Below are positions 1 through 9,117 of a DNA stretch of 23,663 nt, piece after piece. A model generated the notes under the pieces. That model was not told where the DNA came from. It did not search any database and saw nothing but the letters and a program-made list of their open reading frames with translations. The stretch is from assembly GCA_051439425.1 (NCBI GenBank), contig JBFRWD010000113.1:1-23663 (forward strand), in the 5' to 3' direction. The translations under genes were made by a program, and so were the position numbers. This DNA comes from Synechococcus sp. Lineage in GTDB: Bacteria; Cyanobacteriota; Cyanobacteriia; Thermostichales; PCC-7336. The first letter of the stretch is position 1; each line of letters starts with the position of its first letter.

Positions 1-110
1 AGTGGCTATCTCAACTGCCTGGTATTCAGCCAGAGTGGAATAAACAGCTTTTTTCTGAGATGCTGACTGCTTCAATTTACCCCATAGTGCATCCCCATCA
101 ATGTCAATGA
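1..110 (+). CDS. 3' end of a possible hypothetical protein entering from outside the window
   Basis: Frame starting at 3 is open (WLSQLPGIQPEWNKQLFSEMLTASIYPIVHPHQCQ) to TGA at 108-110, 21 nt before the next + strand ORF. No recognisable motif. Confidence 0.3.
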   Translation, partial: WLSQLPGIQPEWNKQLFSEMLTASIYPIVHPHQCQ

Positions 111-131
111 CAAGTTAGGCGAGGCACTGCT

Positions 132-452
132 ATGGTTTCTCCTACTGCTAATCTGCCTACTATCCGCCACCAATTGTCTGATTTGATTAGTCAGCTCTTT
201 TGGAGCTTTAGTTACAAGTATAGTACTCGGTGTGAAAACAAATTTCTTCAATTGTTTACAATAGTACGTAAGTATTATAATTTCCTTGAAACCATGAAAT
301 ATGCGATTGTTAAGGCAACTAAGTACTATAAGAAGAATACCGTCAACGAATGGACTACTAACCTTAATCAAGCCCTGATTCTCAAAAATCTTAACTATGC
401 TCAGGCACTCACTGATAAGTTCGGTGGGGAAATACTTCCCGTTGAGGAATAA
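132..452 (+). CDS. Hypothetical protein (106 aa)
   Basis: Open frame of 106 codons in AT-rich DNA, with GAGG at 121-124 ahead of the ATG. No recognisable family. Confidence 0.5.
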   Translation: MVSPTANLPTIRHQLSDLISQLFWSFSYKYSTRCENKFLQLFTIVRKYYNFLETMKYAIVKATKYYKKNTVNEWTTNLNQALILKNLNYAQALTDKFGGEILPVEE

Positions 453-554
453 AATGCCGAGCTGGTTGGTCTATGCAATGAACTACTAGACTTAATGGTT
501 AAGGTGTTTTAATTTCTTAGCTACAAATATATTACCAGACAAGAATTACTTGAC

Positions 555-580
555 AGACCCAAGAAAACTAGTCTGGGTTT
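555..580 (+). terminator. Imperfect hairpin, possible intrinsic terminator, immediately left of the IS
   Basis: AGACCC(A)AGA ... TCTGGGTTT can pair (one G-U, one bulge). It lies downstream of the 132..452 ORF. No long U-tract follows. Confidence 0.3.
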
Positions 581-585
581 AGGGG

Positions 586-609
586 CAATACCCCTGAATG
601 AAAATTTCA
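586..609. repeat. IS terminal inverted repeat (downstream of transposase)
   Basis: CAATACCCCTGAATGAAAATTTCA. It contains the stop codon (607-609) of the reconstructed transposase frame. Confidence 0.93.
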
Positions 610-2053
610 GGCTGCCTCTGGGGGGATGATCTGTAGGTCTTTTTTAACATCTCTAGAGCTGGAGCGATGCTGACTGGTTTTACGTTTGAATTTAGACATT
701 TTCACCTTGACCACTCGTTCATTCACTCGCGCTCTTCGGGGGCGATCAGGCGGAGCCTGGCACTGCGTGATCGAGCTCGGCTTGAGCAATTAAGCTCACT
801 AAGTATTGATGCTGGTGTGCCAATTCTTGACAGGGCAAGGGTTGACTCATGTGCGGGACTGCATCAATCACCAGTTGTAAACAATCAAGAAAGCCGAGTA
901 ATTGAGGGTCTTTTTGAACTGGTGTGGCTGCTTGTAGCATCAGTTCTCGCAGCAGATTGTAGACAATCATCATGGCATAGAGTTCTTGTTCGACTAACTC
1001 TGGCAGTTTGCTGCGAAATAAGGTGGGCATCTGTCCTCGGAGGGTGGCACATTGGTGGGTTTTGATTTCATCCAGGCACAGTTCTATGTCCCACCGTTTA
1101 TGGTACTGCATCACCAACTCTGGGGCGCTGATGGTAGAGTCGAGAAGGTTGGGGACCAGACGTGCAGGACGAAAGCCTGGAATTTGATAGGTAATCACTC
1201 GCAGTGTGATTGTTTTGCTCTGCCATTTTTTCCGCTTCTCTGTGGAGTGCAAGGAGTCCAGAATTTTTCCCTGCTTGTGGCAGAGATAACTGTCGTCTGG
1301 CAATCGTTGGGCCACGGGCAAGACAGGATTACTACTGACTTTGAGGAGAAAGGCACAGTCTTGTTGCTCAATGGCCCACATCATCGGGAATGAATAGAGG
1401 CCTGCATCGACCATAAATAGCAAGTTCTTGGCTTTCAGCCGTTGGAGGATGCTCATCATCAAGGTGCGTTTTCCAGTACCTTTTCCTTTACTCGGACCAT
1501 AAGCCACATCAAGCAGTAAACGGGGACCAATGGCTAACAAACTCACCCAGCGCATTTGGGGATAGGCACTCGCTTCCCGTCTGGACTTGGTCTTGCTAAA
1601 TCGCTCCTGATTGGCCACGGTATCCGGCATAGTGCCTGTACTCCCATCGAAGGCGACACTCACCCATCCATGAAAATCAGCCCCCAGGGGGTTGAATGTG
1701 TCCACCACTCGTTCAAACAGTAGTTTAAATACCGCGGAACCCACGCGCTTTCGGGCATGAGTAATCGTACCCTCCGCCACCACTGCTTTGGGCAAGAGGC
1801 AGGACAACCAGCGCCACCCTGAAATCATCCAATTAAGGACCGCACTACAGCTCAAATCCCTTCGGATAGTCAAGGCCAGAACCAACCACACGACCAACCC
1901 CGACACTAATTTGGTTCCCTGGCGCTCTTGGTCTTGTTTGACCTGGGCTAACACCTCTGTGAGCAAAGGTCCTAGTCGTAGAGCGAACGGATTGAAACTA
2001 TATTCTGAACTAAAGTCGGCTAAGTTGCTTGGTTGGATAGCTGATTTGACCAT
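607..2053 (-). pseudogene. IS4-family DDE transposase, frameshifted near the C-terminus
   Basis: Catalytic-type motifs FDGST, VDAGLY and YHKRWDIELCLDEIK (Y-x2-R-x3-E-x6-K, the IS4 YREK signature). Likely start is ATG at 2053 because the ATG at 2149 is inside the IR. The main frame stops at 746, while the basic tail RPRRARVNERVVKVKMSKFKRK continues in the 607..789 frame. Confidence 0.88.
744..772. mobile_element. 21-bp insert flanked by GATC direct repeats (small dispersed repeat-like element)
   Basis: GATC(744-747)-AGGCGGAGCCTGGCACTGCGT(748-768)-GATC(769-772). Removing 25 nt joins the two transposase frames (...AELDRPRRARVN...) and leaves GCGATCGA. Confidence 0.7.
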
Positions 2054-2137
2054 TGAAACCTTGCTGTGGATGTGTGAATATAGGGACGTAGAATATCCTC
2101 TCACATTACAGCAGGGCACCTCTGACCCACTGGCACT

Positions 2138-2161
2138 TGTAAATTTCATTCAGGGGTATTG
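2138..2161. repeat. IS terminal inverted repeat (upstream of transposase)
   Basis: Reverse complement is CAATACCCCTGAATGAAATTTACA. The first 18 nt are identical to the other end, 22/24 overall. Confidence 0.93.
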
Positions 2162-2175
2162 GCTTTAAGAGGGTA

Positions 2176-2547
2176 TCAAACTATATTAGATAAGTGCTCG
2201 TCGCCTACTTTAAAGCCAGGAACGCAAATGACTCCCAAACGATTCTTGGGCGAGGTACTTATAATTCGGTGGTGTATACCACGTTCAATGACGACAAGCT
2301 CATTAGACTCGAATTTTTCGGTCCAAGACCTATTCTCTTTAGGATCGTGAAATCGGATCTCAAATGAGCCATCTAGAATAATGTAAATCTCGTCGAAGGT
2401 TTTATGGTAGTGACCTGTTGTGGGCTTCATATCAAGCCCAAACGCGAAATCAAGGCCTTTGTAATCATCACCTTGCAAAACCTCCCTGATTTTCCCACAG
2501 GTCGGAGTTTGTTTAACAACATGATCGCTCATCTTTCTAATAAGCAT
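2176..2547 (-). CDS. Cupin-domain protein (123 aa)
   Basis: Cupin metal motifs GHYHKTFDEIYIILDG and IERGIHHRI. GGAG upstream of the ATG. 26 nt downstream of the preceding gene. Confidence 0.88.
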   Translation of the reverse strand: MLIRKMSDHVVKQTPTCGKIREVLQGDDYKGLDFAFGLDMKPTTGHYHKTFDEIYIILDGSFEIRFHDPKENRSWTEKFESNELVVIERGIHHRIISTSPKNRLGVICVPGFKVGDEHLSNIV

Positions 2548-2573
2548 TGAAATTCTCCATTGCGATGTAATGA

Positions 2574-4559
2574 TTAGATTATCGGTCTAAGATACAGGGT
2601 TGTTTTTTTTTGTCCCGCTAAATTGATAGTGCGGGTAAAGAGAGAATAGGCTCTGTGATGAGGTGGAGGCGGCTTTAAAAAGAGTTCCTTGAACAGGCGA
2701 ACATAGTTTTTCTCATCTTCTTGCTGCGTTTGTAGCCATGCTAGGATTCGTTTATGCATGACTTTAATGGCTACAAGATGAACTGGAAACGCGACGCTTG
2801 TTGTTAATTCTAATATTTCTCCAGTCAAGGGGTGTAGGCGAAAGGAAAGCCCGGATCGTCGCTTTTGGGCAAGAGACTCAGATATTATGCCAGGAATGGC
2901 TGGAGCTATCTTAGTCGTAGTTTCTGAGAAGCCCAACTCAGTAGAGATTTCAGCTATCAGTGAGGGTCTCCAGCCGAAAAACTCGTAATAGACTTTAGTG
3001 CTCCACTTCCCATCACCGCGCAGTCCGAATCCAATTTCTTGAGGAAAGCCAAGGGTTTGAAGTCTGTCGCATACCCATTGCAGTTTCTCCGTATAGGGGA
3101 TACCCGCTGCAGCGAGTTTTGATTGCAGTCCAGTGTGCGAAGCCCCCTGCTCGCTAAGTAAATTATTGATATATACTTTGAGAACAGGCCAATCTCCAGC
3201 CGTCTGCGAGATACCCGCCCAAAGGCAAAATCGTGTTCCCGGGGGCAACTGCATTGCACAGGCCTGAATCTCGTTCCAAATTGGAGTGAGTTGCTGCCAG
3301 AGATCTCCACAACCCAGGTTAACAGCTGTATGTTTCAGGGCATCTAACCCTGTTTGAATCCTTTTAGCTGCCGATAAAACGGGGTTACCAATTTCGCATG
3401 TGTATCTCAGCGAAAGGGCTGAGTCGGTTTCTGTTGTCACAGAAAATTCTAGCGGTTGACCCATTGATAAAGAGGACAACTGTCCTGATGGCCAAACATT
3501 GGGCTGGGCCAAACTATCCTGAGTCAACCGTTGAAAGTGCTGTACTGCTTCTGCACTCTGCTGCTGGGTAAAGCCTGCCAAAGTACTGACACGGTACACT
3601 AACTGATCGCAGTTTTGCCCATAGGTAGAGCGCCGCTTCGTCGTATGGACGTTGTTTTTGAAGAATCTGCACCGCTTTGTTTCCACTGGCAGCAAACATT
3701 GCGAAGCAACAGAGGCTAGCACCGTTACCGTTGTAAAAATCCGCCGTGCATCGCAGGTCAGCTTGGGATGTACTTGCATGAGCCCTTCATGGGAAGGTGG
3801 CACGCGCAGAATTGGTATAGACTCCCAGCTACCGTCAGGATACTGTTGTGCTAATAAGCGCGACATAATATCCTTAGATGGAGTTTCAAGCAAGCTGCAG
3901 GCTTTGAGAAAGGGCGAGTCTCCCTGGAGAAAAGGCCAATCATAGTTCAAAGTTGGCTTACCAAGACGCCGCCATAGCCGCCACGCTAACCAGGTTGGAA
4001 AATGCGAATGCGCCCACCAGTAACCAGCAAACGTTCCCGCTCTTGTCTGGGTGGGGACAATGACGGTTTGCCAATAGGTGAGGGTGTCTGCCAAAGACCA
4101 AGCTAGCGAGTCTAATAGGGCTGCTGAGACGATCAGTGAGACATCGACACAGGGCTGCGCCCATTTATGCTTGTCTGGGTGAGAGCGATAGGTGCAAAAC
4201 AGACCATTGGGAGTCTGGTGGGTGAGGAGAAAATCTAAAGCTCCAGAGGGAATCGGTCGATTTAGGCGTGCCAGCAACACCACTACCCATGCTGTGCTAT
4301 CCGCATCAGGTACTGTCGTCATGTTATAGCCCCAACCCCCTTGGCAGCGGATATTGCTTAACAGCCAGTCAGCGGCTTTGTTGACACAAGCTCGGGCTAG
4401 CCGAGCCGTCTGAGGAGTCAGGTTGGCTGCCGTTTCTAAAAGCAATTCTGCAGTATAAGCGGTTACCCAAGCATCAGAAGTTCCTGCCTTCAACCAAAAA
4501 TCGGTCCAATAGCCTGATGGATGTTGAGTTCGAGCGAGATACTCAACACCGCTATCCAT
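2574..4559 (-). CDS. Fusion enzyme: N-terminal prenyltransferase/squalene-cyclase (QW-repeat) barrel plus C-terminal ABBA/DMATS-like aromatic prenyltransferase domain (661 aa)
   Basis: QW-type repeats LARTQHPSGYW, WLLSNIRCQGGW, FLLTHQTPNGLF, LLAQQYPDGSW, and PDADSTAW at the DxDD position. C-terminal PLEFS, LRY, LKVY, TKVYY and TTLYLRP motifs. Start moved to ATG 4559, which overlaps the upstream stop by 8 nt. Confidence 0.75.
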   Translation of the reverse strand: MDSGVEYLARTQHPSGYWTDFWLKAGTSDAWVTAYTAELLLETAANLTPQTARLARACVNKAADWLLSNIRCQGGWGYNMTTVPDADSTAWVVVLLARLNRPIPSGALDFLLTHQTPNGLFCTYRSHPDKHKWAQPCVDVSLIVSAALLDSLAWSLADTLTYWQTVIVPTQTRAGTFAGYWWAHSHFPTWLAWRLWRRLGKPTLNYDWPFLQGDSPFLKACSLLETPSKDIMSRLLAQQYPDGSWESIPILRVPPSHEGLMQVHPKLTCDARRIFTTVTVLASVASQCLLPVETKRCRFFKNNVHTTKRRSTYGQNCDQLVYRVSTLAGFTQQQSAEAVQHFQRLTQDSLAQPNVWPSGQLSSLSMGQPLEFSVTTETDSALSLRYTCEIGNPVLSAAKRIQTGLDALKHTAVNLGCGDLWQQLTPIWNEIQACAMQLPPGTRFCLWAGISQTAGDWPVLKVYINNLLSEQGASHTGLQSKLAAAGIPYTEKLQWVCDRLQTLGFPQEIGFGLRGDGKWSTKVYYEFFGWRPSLIAEISTELGFSETTTKIAPAIPGIISESLAQKRRSGLSFRLHPLTGEILELTTSVAFPVHLVAIKVMHKRILAWLQTQQEDEKNYVRLFKELFLKPPPPHHRAYSLFTRTINLAGQKKTTLYLRPII

Positions 4560-6756
4560 CTTCGCGATTGGGGAAAATAAACAAACTGTTTCCCTGAGAT
4601 GATTTTGCTTCACTCCATGCTCCCTGTCTATCAAAATATATGTTTTGTACGCGGTAGGTAAAGCTGGGTAGATTCGCAGCATCTTGACCTAGAATTTCCT
4701 TGAGCGATCGCTGCATGGTCACTTCTCCCTCCGAGTTATCTTTTCCCAGAACTAGCTGCTGTGGAGTATAGCCCTCGCGACTAATCTCCACCACGACCCG
4801 ATAAAGTTCTGAAAAAGCATCGGGTATTGTAGCCGCTTTAAATAGCGGACACTCGACCTTTATTTTCCATGAAAGCGACCCCGAGGGGGAGATTTCATGA
4901 ATGCGATCTAGCACATCGGTAGGATTGCTGGTGAGTTGGGGATCGAGCAAGGTCAGATGCACAGCATTCCATACATCATCAAGCACATCAATCGGCTCAA
5001 ATTCCACCACTTTTTTTGCGGCTGGTTCTAGCACAATCGGAACAGCTGTTTTATTAATCGCCTGAAAAATTGCCAGAGGCACTACCGAATTGCTATCTAC
5101 CTGCAACAGCCGAGGCACACAGGCGCCGATCTGCACAGCAGAATTAGCTGGGTTAAAAAGTTCTACCTGGCAAGGCGATAAGGTCTCTTCAACCATCCGC
5201 GTTTCCAGCTCAATGCCTGCCAGCTCGCTGAGAACCAGTCGCATGGGAATGCGCTTGACTAATCCATTAGATTCGTCTTGCCCAGAGGGTATGGTGACCT
5301 CAATCTCTCCGGTCATCCCAATTGGCGATGTCAGGAGTTCTGCTAAATAGCGATAGTATTCTAGCGAGAGGTCGAGCGTCATTTCAATGCCGCTCTCCAG
5401 GGAAACAGAGATCTCATCCCCAGCAATCAGCGAAATCTCTTCTGGGAAAGCAGTTTTCAGCCTCAAGATTGCTTTCTCGTAACCTCCCACAACCACACTT
5501 GGATGTGCTAAACTACCAGCACTTTCACGGTAAAGAAAATCTCGCAGAGCACTTAGCTTAGCAGGATCGTGATAGGGAAGCACCTGCAATGTGACCCGCA
5601 CGCGTACATTATCTTCGCTATCTCGATACAGTTGCGGAATAACATGGGGTGTGCCTAATTCAGGATTAAAGGCCAACCTCAATTCATCCGGGAGACGGTA
5701 GACGGTGTTCGCAAATTCTGCCTGGCGGATAAAGCCAAATTCCGTATCAGTCCAGTCTGTCCGCAGGCTATCCTCATCAGCACGAATAACAGCGTAGATA
5801 GGAAGGTTGGGCTTTAAGCTGGCTTGAAAGGCAAAATCTATTGTTCGTTTGATCGTCGCCTTTTTGTAATTTTGTTCTGCCTCTCGGTTTTGCTGCTCCC
5901 TTTCCAAAGTCTCGACCCTCTCAAGGAGTTCGCTAGAGATATTAGGAATGACTGGCTGCCTTAATCTGGCAACGGTAGCAGGTCGAACCGTCAGATTATT
6001 ATTTAATCTGAGCACGCTGTTATTAGGCTGTGCCAAAGCAGGATTTACCGATAGTCTTCGGATTGAGCTATTGTGCAAATTTAGCATTGGTCTGAGGGGC
6101 AATGGCTGTGCCTGTGGCCTCGCTGGGGGGGCACGGTGGCGACGGGGTTCCTGTGGCTGCTCGTCTGGCTGCGCTTCTAGCCAATAGCCATAGCTCAGCA
6201 ATAGCTCTAACTTTGCCTGTTGCTGCATCGCCTGATAAAGCGGCTCAATCTCATTAGCGGGAATTTCCATGCCAGCCCGAATGACGATCCGAGATTCCTG
6301 TCCGTCGGCCGCTTCATCGAAAAAAATCGTCGGTTGGGGAAAAGACTTGCGGTTGCCATTCCAGGTCACCGTTAAGGCATCAACATGAACCGAAAAAGGC
6401 TGGGCATTACTGAATGTTGAGGGAACTTCTTCAAGCTCGAGATGCAGGCGGAAATTGCCATCAGCATCTTTTAAAAAGCGCACATCAGGACCAGGGATCT
6501 GCCCTCCCCGCTTAGCGATGCGAAAATCGGGACGATAGTAATGCTTGCCATCGTTTGCCTGATAGGTTTTTCGATCCTGCAGGGGGGCTTGGTTAGCTTT
6601 GAACCGAGGCGCATTCTGATCGACCGCTAGCAAAATTGCATGCTGAATCCTATGCAGGGGAATGGTAGTTAGGGACCTTGCCTGCATCAGTTGCGGAGAA
6701 AGCTGAGCTTGATTAGCAGTAAGGGCTTCCACTCTTAGGGTTGTATTTTGAGGCAT
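4552..6756 (-). CDS. Uncharacterised protein G (734 aa), divergent member of the paralog array
   Basis: Long ORF with AAGGA upstream. Two segments resemble the family N-terminal motif (YQANDGKHYYRPDFRIAK..GPDVRF; IRQAEFANTVYRLPDELRLAF..GTP). Central P/Q/R/N-rich linker and a C-terminal repeat-like unit (YRVVVEIS...FTYRVQNIYFD..GAW). Confidence 0.8.
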   Translation of the reverse strand: MPQNTTLRVEALTANQAQLSPQLMQARSLTTIPLHRIQHAILLAVDQNAPRFKANQAPLQDRKTYQANDGKHYYRPDFRIAKRGGQIPGPDVRFLKDADGNFRLHLELEEVPSTFSNAQPFSVHVDALTVTWNGNRKSFPQPTIFFDEAADGQESRIVIRAGMEIPANEIEPLYQAMQQQAKLELLLSYGYWLEAQPDEQPQEPRRHRAPPARPQAQPLPLRPMLNLHNSSIRRLSVNPALAQPNNSVLRLNNNLTVRPATVARLRQPVIPNISSELLERVETLEREQQNREAEQNYKKATIKRTIDFAFQASLKPNLPIYAVIRADEDSLRTDWTDTEFGFIRQAEFANTVYRLPDELRLAFNPELGTPHVIPQLYRDSEDNVRVRVTLQVLPYHDPAKLSALRDFLYRESAGSLAHPSVVVGGYEKAILRLKTAFPEEISLIAGDEISVSLESGIEMTLDLSLEYYRYLAELLTSPIGMTGEIEVTIPSGQDESNGLVKRIPMRLVLSELAGIELETRMVEETLSPCQVELFNPANSAVQIGACVPRLLQVDSNSVVPLAIFQAINKTAVPIVLEPAAKKVVEFEPIDVLDDVWNAVHLTLLDPQLTSNPTDVLDRIHEISPSGSLSWKIKVECPLFKAATIPDAFSELYRVVVEISREGYTPQQLVLGKDNSEGEVTMQRSLKEILGQDAANLPSFTYRVQNIYFDRQGAWSEAKSSQGNSLFIFPNREDG

Positions 6757-6795
6757 GGTATTTCTTCCTTTGATATACGTGAATATTTAAGCCGA

Positions 6796-9006
6796 TTAGC
6801 GAGCAGGCGCTTCCAGCACTAAAACGGGATCGTCCGTTTCCTGCCATGTCCCTTCAAAGTTATCGCCACTATCTGCGCCAACGTAGCGCAGCTTATAGCG
6901 GAAGGTGGTCTTTTCAGAATCGCGTAAGAGCACTTTCCACAAGACGAAATCATTATTATCGGCTGAAAACCTTAAAATCTTGTCCTGTTTGAGATTATTG
7001 TCGGAATCTTCATACTCCAGGTAAACAAAGATCCGCCGATATTTGCTCCAATTCACCAGACCAGCATCAACCTGCACTTCTAGAACCTCGACACCGCCAG
7101 TACCTACTGGGATGGTATCGCCTAGTGTCCCTTCTATATCCGTTTTCTTCTCGCTAGACCCGTTTTTATAGACGATGATCTTGTTGTATGTAAACCGAGT
7201 AAGGTTAGGATCTCGCAGACTGAAAGTCCAACTGCTGGTTTCCCCATTTGATATAAGTTCGGTGTGATGGCTTACCTCAAAATCATTCCGCTCATCCCGA
7301 TAGACAGCATCGACAATAACCTTATCAATCACGCTAAAGTCAGCTTGGGCTAGGAATCGGGTAGACTTACTTTGCTCAAAGGGATTGGAAATTGTCAGCG
7401 TCTCAGCATTGTCGCGCTGTTCGCGGGTCTCCATTTGTTGTCCATCCTTGAGCACATAAACCAGGTCATAGATATGGTCGCGGGGTGGACCGGCATGGCC
7501 AGTGTAGGTGAAAAAGACTGCTAGGGGATTGTCTAGGGTTAGCTCAAAAGATTGATTGGCACTACTCGCGTTAGAGCCAGGGTAGCGAATATTGACCCGC
7601 ACGGCTTTGACAATTTCAGGCATACTCCCTAGCGCAATGGTTACCTTCTTAAACCCCAGTCGCTGATAGGAAATCACCAGCTGTCGTTCTCGGACCTCGA
7701 TAGTGCCAGAATTAGGGACGCGAATAGTTTCACCGGTGTCTTTATAAACGAGTTCGCTCCAGTATTGATAGGTATCTTTTGGTGAACCGTCGGCATTTTT
7801 GGCCATGATTTGCCGGAAACGATGCACATCGTTTGCGCTCTTAAACAAATATTCTTTTGCCTTTTTGACCCGCACATTTCTCATTTCATCTTGCTGGTCG
7901 TAGTCGATAAAGACCTTAAGGGCGTAAACGGGATCGTCCTTAAAATTGACGTTGGCATTAACCGTAACATCCAGTTCTTGGAAAAATTGCTGACTAGCGT
8001 CTACATATATGGTCGCTTTTTTGATTTGTTCTGGTGTCAGAATCTCATTGAGTTTGGCATTCGGATTAATGCGCTTTTGGATGATGTCCCGTTTGTTGAA
8101 ATGAACATCAATCTCACCTTCCACATCCTTTTCAATTTCTTTAAGCCACTTGTTACTGCTTTGTTCCTCGGTAGCAGGAGTAAATGCGGTTTGAAAAAAA
8201 CTGGGTAAGATGTTGGTTTGCAACATGCTAAATGCCATTTTCTCCAATTCATTTGTTAGATTAGAATTTGGATCGTTATCACGAAAATCGCCACTATCAA
8301 TATCAACAGTGAGACTGTGAAAAATCTCGCGAAACTCTTTAAGAGAGCCAATTTCTGGCCAGGTTCGCTTGTAGACCAACCTGCCATTTCTCTTCCTTGT
8401 TTCGATGACGGTGGTGTGCTGCTTAAGCTCCTCGTAAAAATCTCCGCGGTTGCCGTGAATATGAATCGAAACATTAGGAATTCTTGCCAAGTAAATCAGG
8501 TTGTAGTTGATAATAGCGGGAATAACTCCTTGCTCAACGCTTTGACGAAAAATCTCTGACGCCTCCTGGTTGAGTTGCTGACTGAAACTAGCAAGGTTCG
8601 CACCCATTAGAGAGGGCTGCTTCGAACCGGCACTAAAGCGCACAAGATCTTCATTGAAGGTGATGAACTCGACTGAACCGCCAATGAAGGCAGGTGGATA
8701 GCTCAGCTTGGGCTGGAAACCCACTAGGTTCTTTAGATACTGTCGAATCTGCTGTTCGTCTTGCGTTGAAACGGCTGCTTGGGTGGTTAACGAGAGATAG
8801 GCACGCTGAACTTCGCTATCTGCTGGCCCCAGATTGCCTACATCTCGAGCGTAGAGAATAAAGGTAAATAGGGGATCTCCATTGTCATCGACGGCAATAG
8901 TTGGACGATCTGTCACCATGTAGAATTGGGCATCATCATCATCATCCCGGTGAATCATGACGTGATTGATATCGGGAACTTTAATCGTTTTGTAGAGACT
9001 TAACAT
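6796..9006 (-). CDS. Uncharacterised paralog F (736 aa): conserved core plus ~4 beta-rich repeats
   Basis: AGGAG RBS. Motifs HRDDDDDAQFYM..GDPLFTFILY, GGSVEF and QPSLMGAN shared with neighbours. Confidence 0.9.
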   Translation of the reverse strand: MLSLYKTIKVPDINHVMIHRDDDDDAQFYMVTDRPTIAVDDNGDPLFTFILYARDVGNLGPADSEVQRAYLSLTTQAAVSTQDEQQIRQYLKNLVGFQPKLSYPPAFIGGSVEFITFNEDLVRFSAGSKQPSLMGANLASFSQQLNQEASEIFRQSVEQGVIPAIINYNLIYLARIPNVSIHIHGNRGDFYEELKQHTTVIETRKRNGRLVYKRTWPEIGSLKEFREIFHSLTVDIDSGDFRDNDPNSNLTNELEKMAFSMLQTNILPSFFQTAFTPATEEQSSNKWLKEIEKDVEGEIDVHFNKRDIIQKRINPNAKLNEILTPEQIKKATIYVDASQQFFQELDVTVNANVNFKDDPVYALKVFIDYDQQDEMRNVRVKKAKEYLFKSANDVHRFRQIMAKNADGSPKDTYQYWSELVYKDTGETIRVPNSGTIEVRERQLVISYQRLGFKKVTIALGSMPEIVKAVRVNIRYPGSNASSANQSFELTLDNPLAVFFTYTGHAGPPRDHIYDLVYVLKDGQQMETREQRDNAETLTISNPFEQSKSTRFLAQADFSVIDKVIVDAVYRDERNDFEVSHHTELISNGETSSWTFSLRDPNLTRFTYNKIIVYKNGSSEKKTDIEGTLGDTIPVGTGGVEVLEVQVDAGLVNWSKYRRIFVYLEYEDSDNNLKQDKILRFSADNNDFVLWKVLLRDSEKTTFRYKLRYVGADSGDNFEGTWQETDDPVLVLEAPAR

Positions 9007-9117
9007 GATAGGCTCCTATAAGTTGAAACTAAATTGAATTTGTCTGTTTCCAGCGTGTAGAGGGCGTTAAAACAATCTATAGCTGGGTCTAGGAGGGGTG
9101 AGTAAGCGGTATTTGCG

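Larger units (their letters stand above)
586..2161 (-). mobile_element. IS4-family insertion sequence (1576 bp), probably non-autonomous
   Basis: 24-bp terminal inverted repeats (22/24 identical) enclose a DDE transposase gene. Flanking 10-mers GGTTTAGGGG and GCTTTAAGAG match at only 7/10. Confidence 0.93.

Noticed and set aside
72..371. 99-aa minus-strand ORF
   Set aside because: It is antisense to the better-supported 132..452 ORF, with no recognisable motif.
607..789. 60-aa minus-strand ORF as an independent gene
   Set aside because: It is the out-of-frame C-terminal tail of the transposase.
2054..2149. Transposase start at 2149
   Set aside because: That ATG lies inside the terminal inverted repeat. 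ATG 2053 is more plausible.
4560..4682. N-terminal extension of the prenyl enzyme ORF (702-aa call)
   Set aside because: It would overlap gene G by 131 nt. The first QW repeat begins right after Met at 4559.
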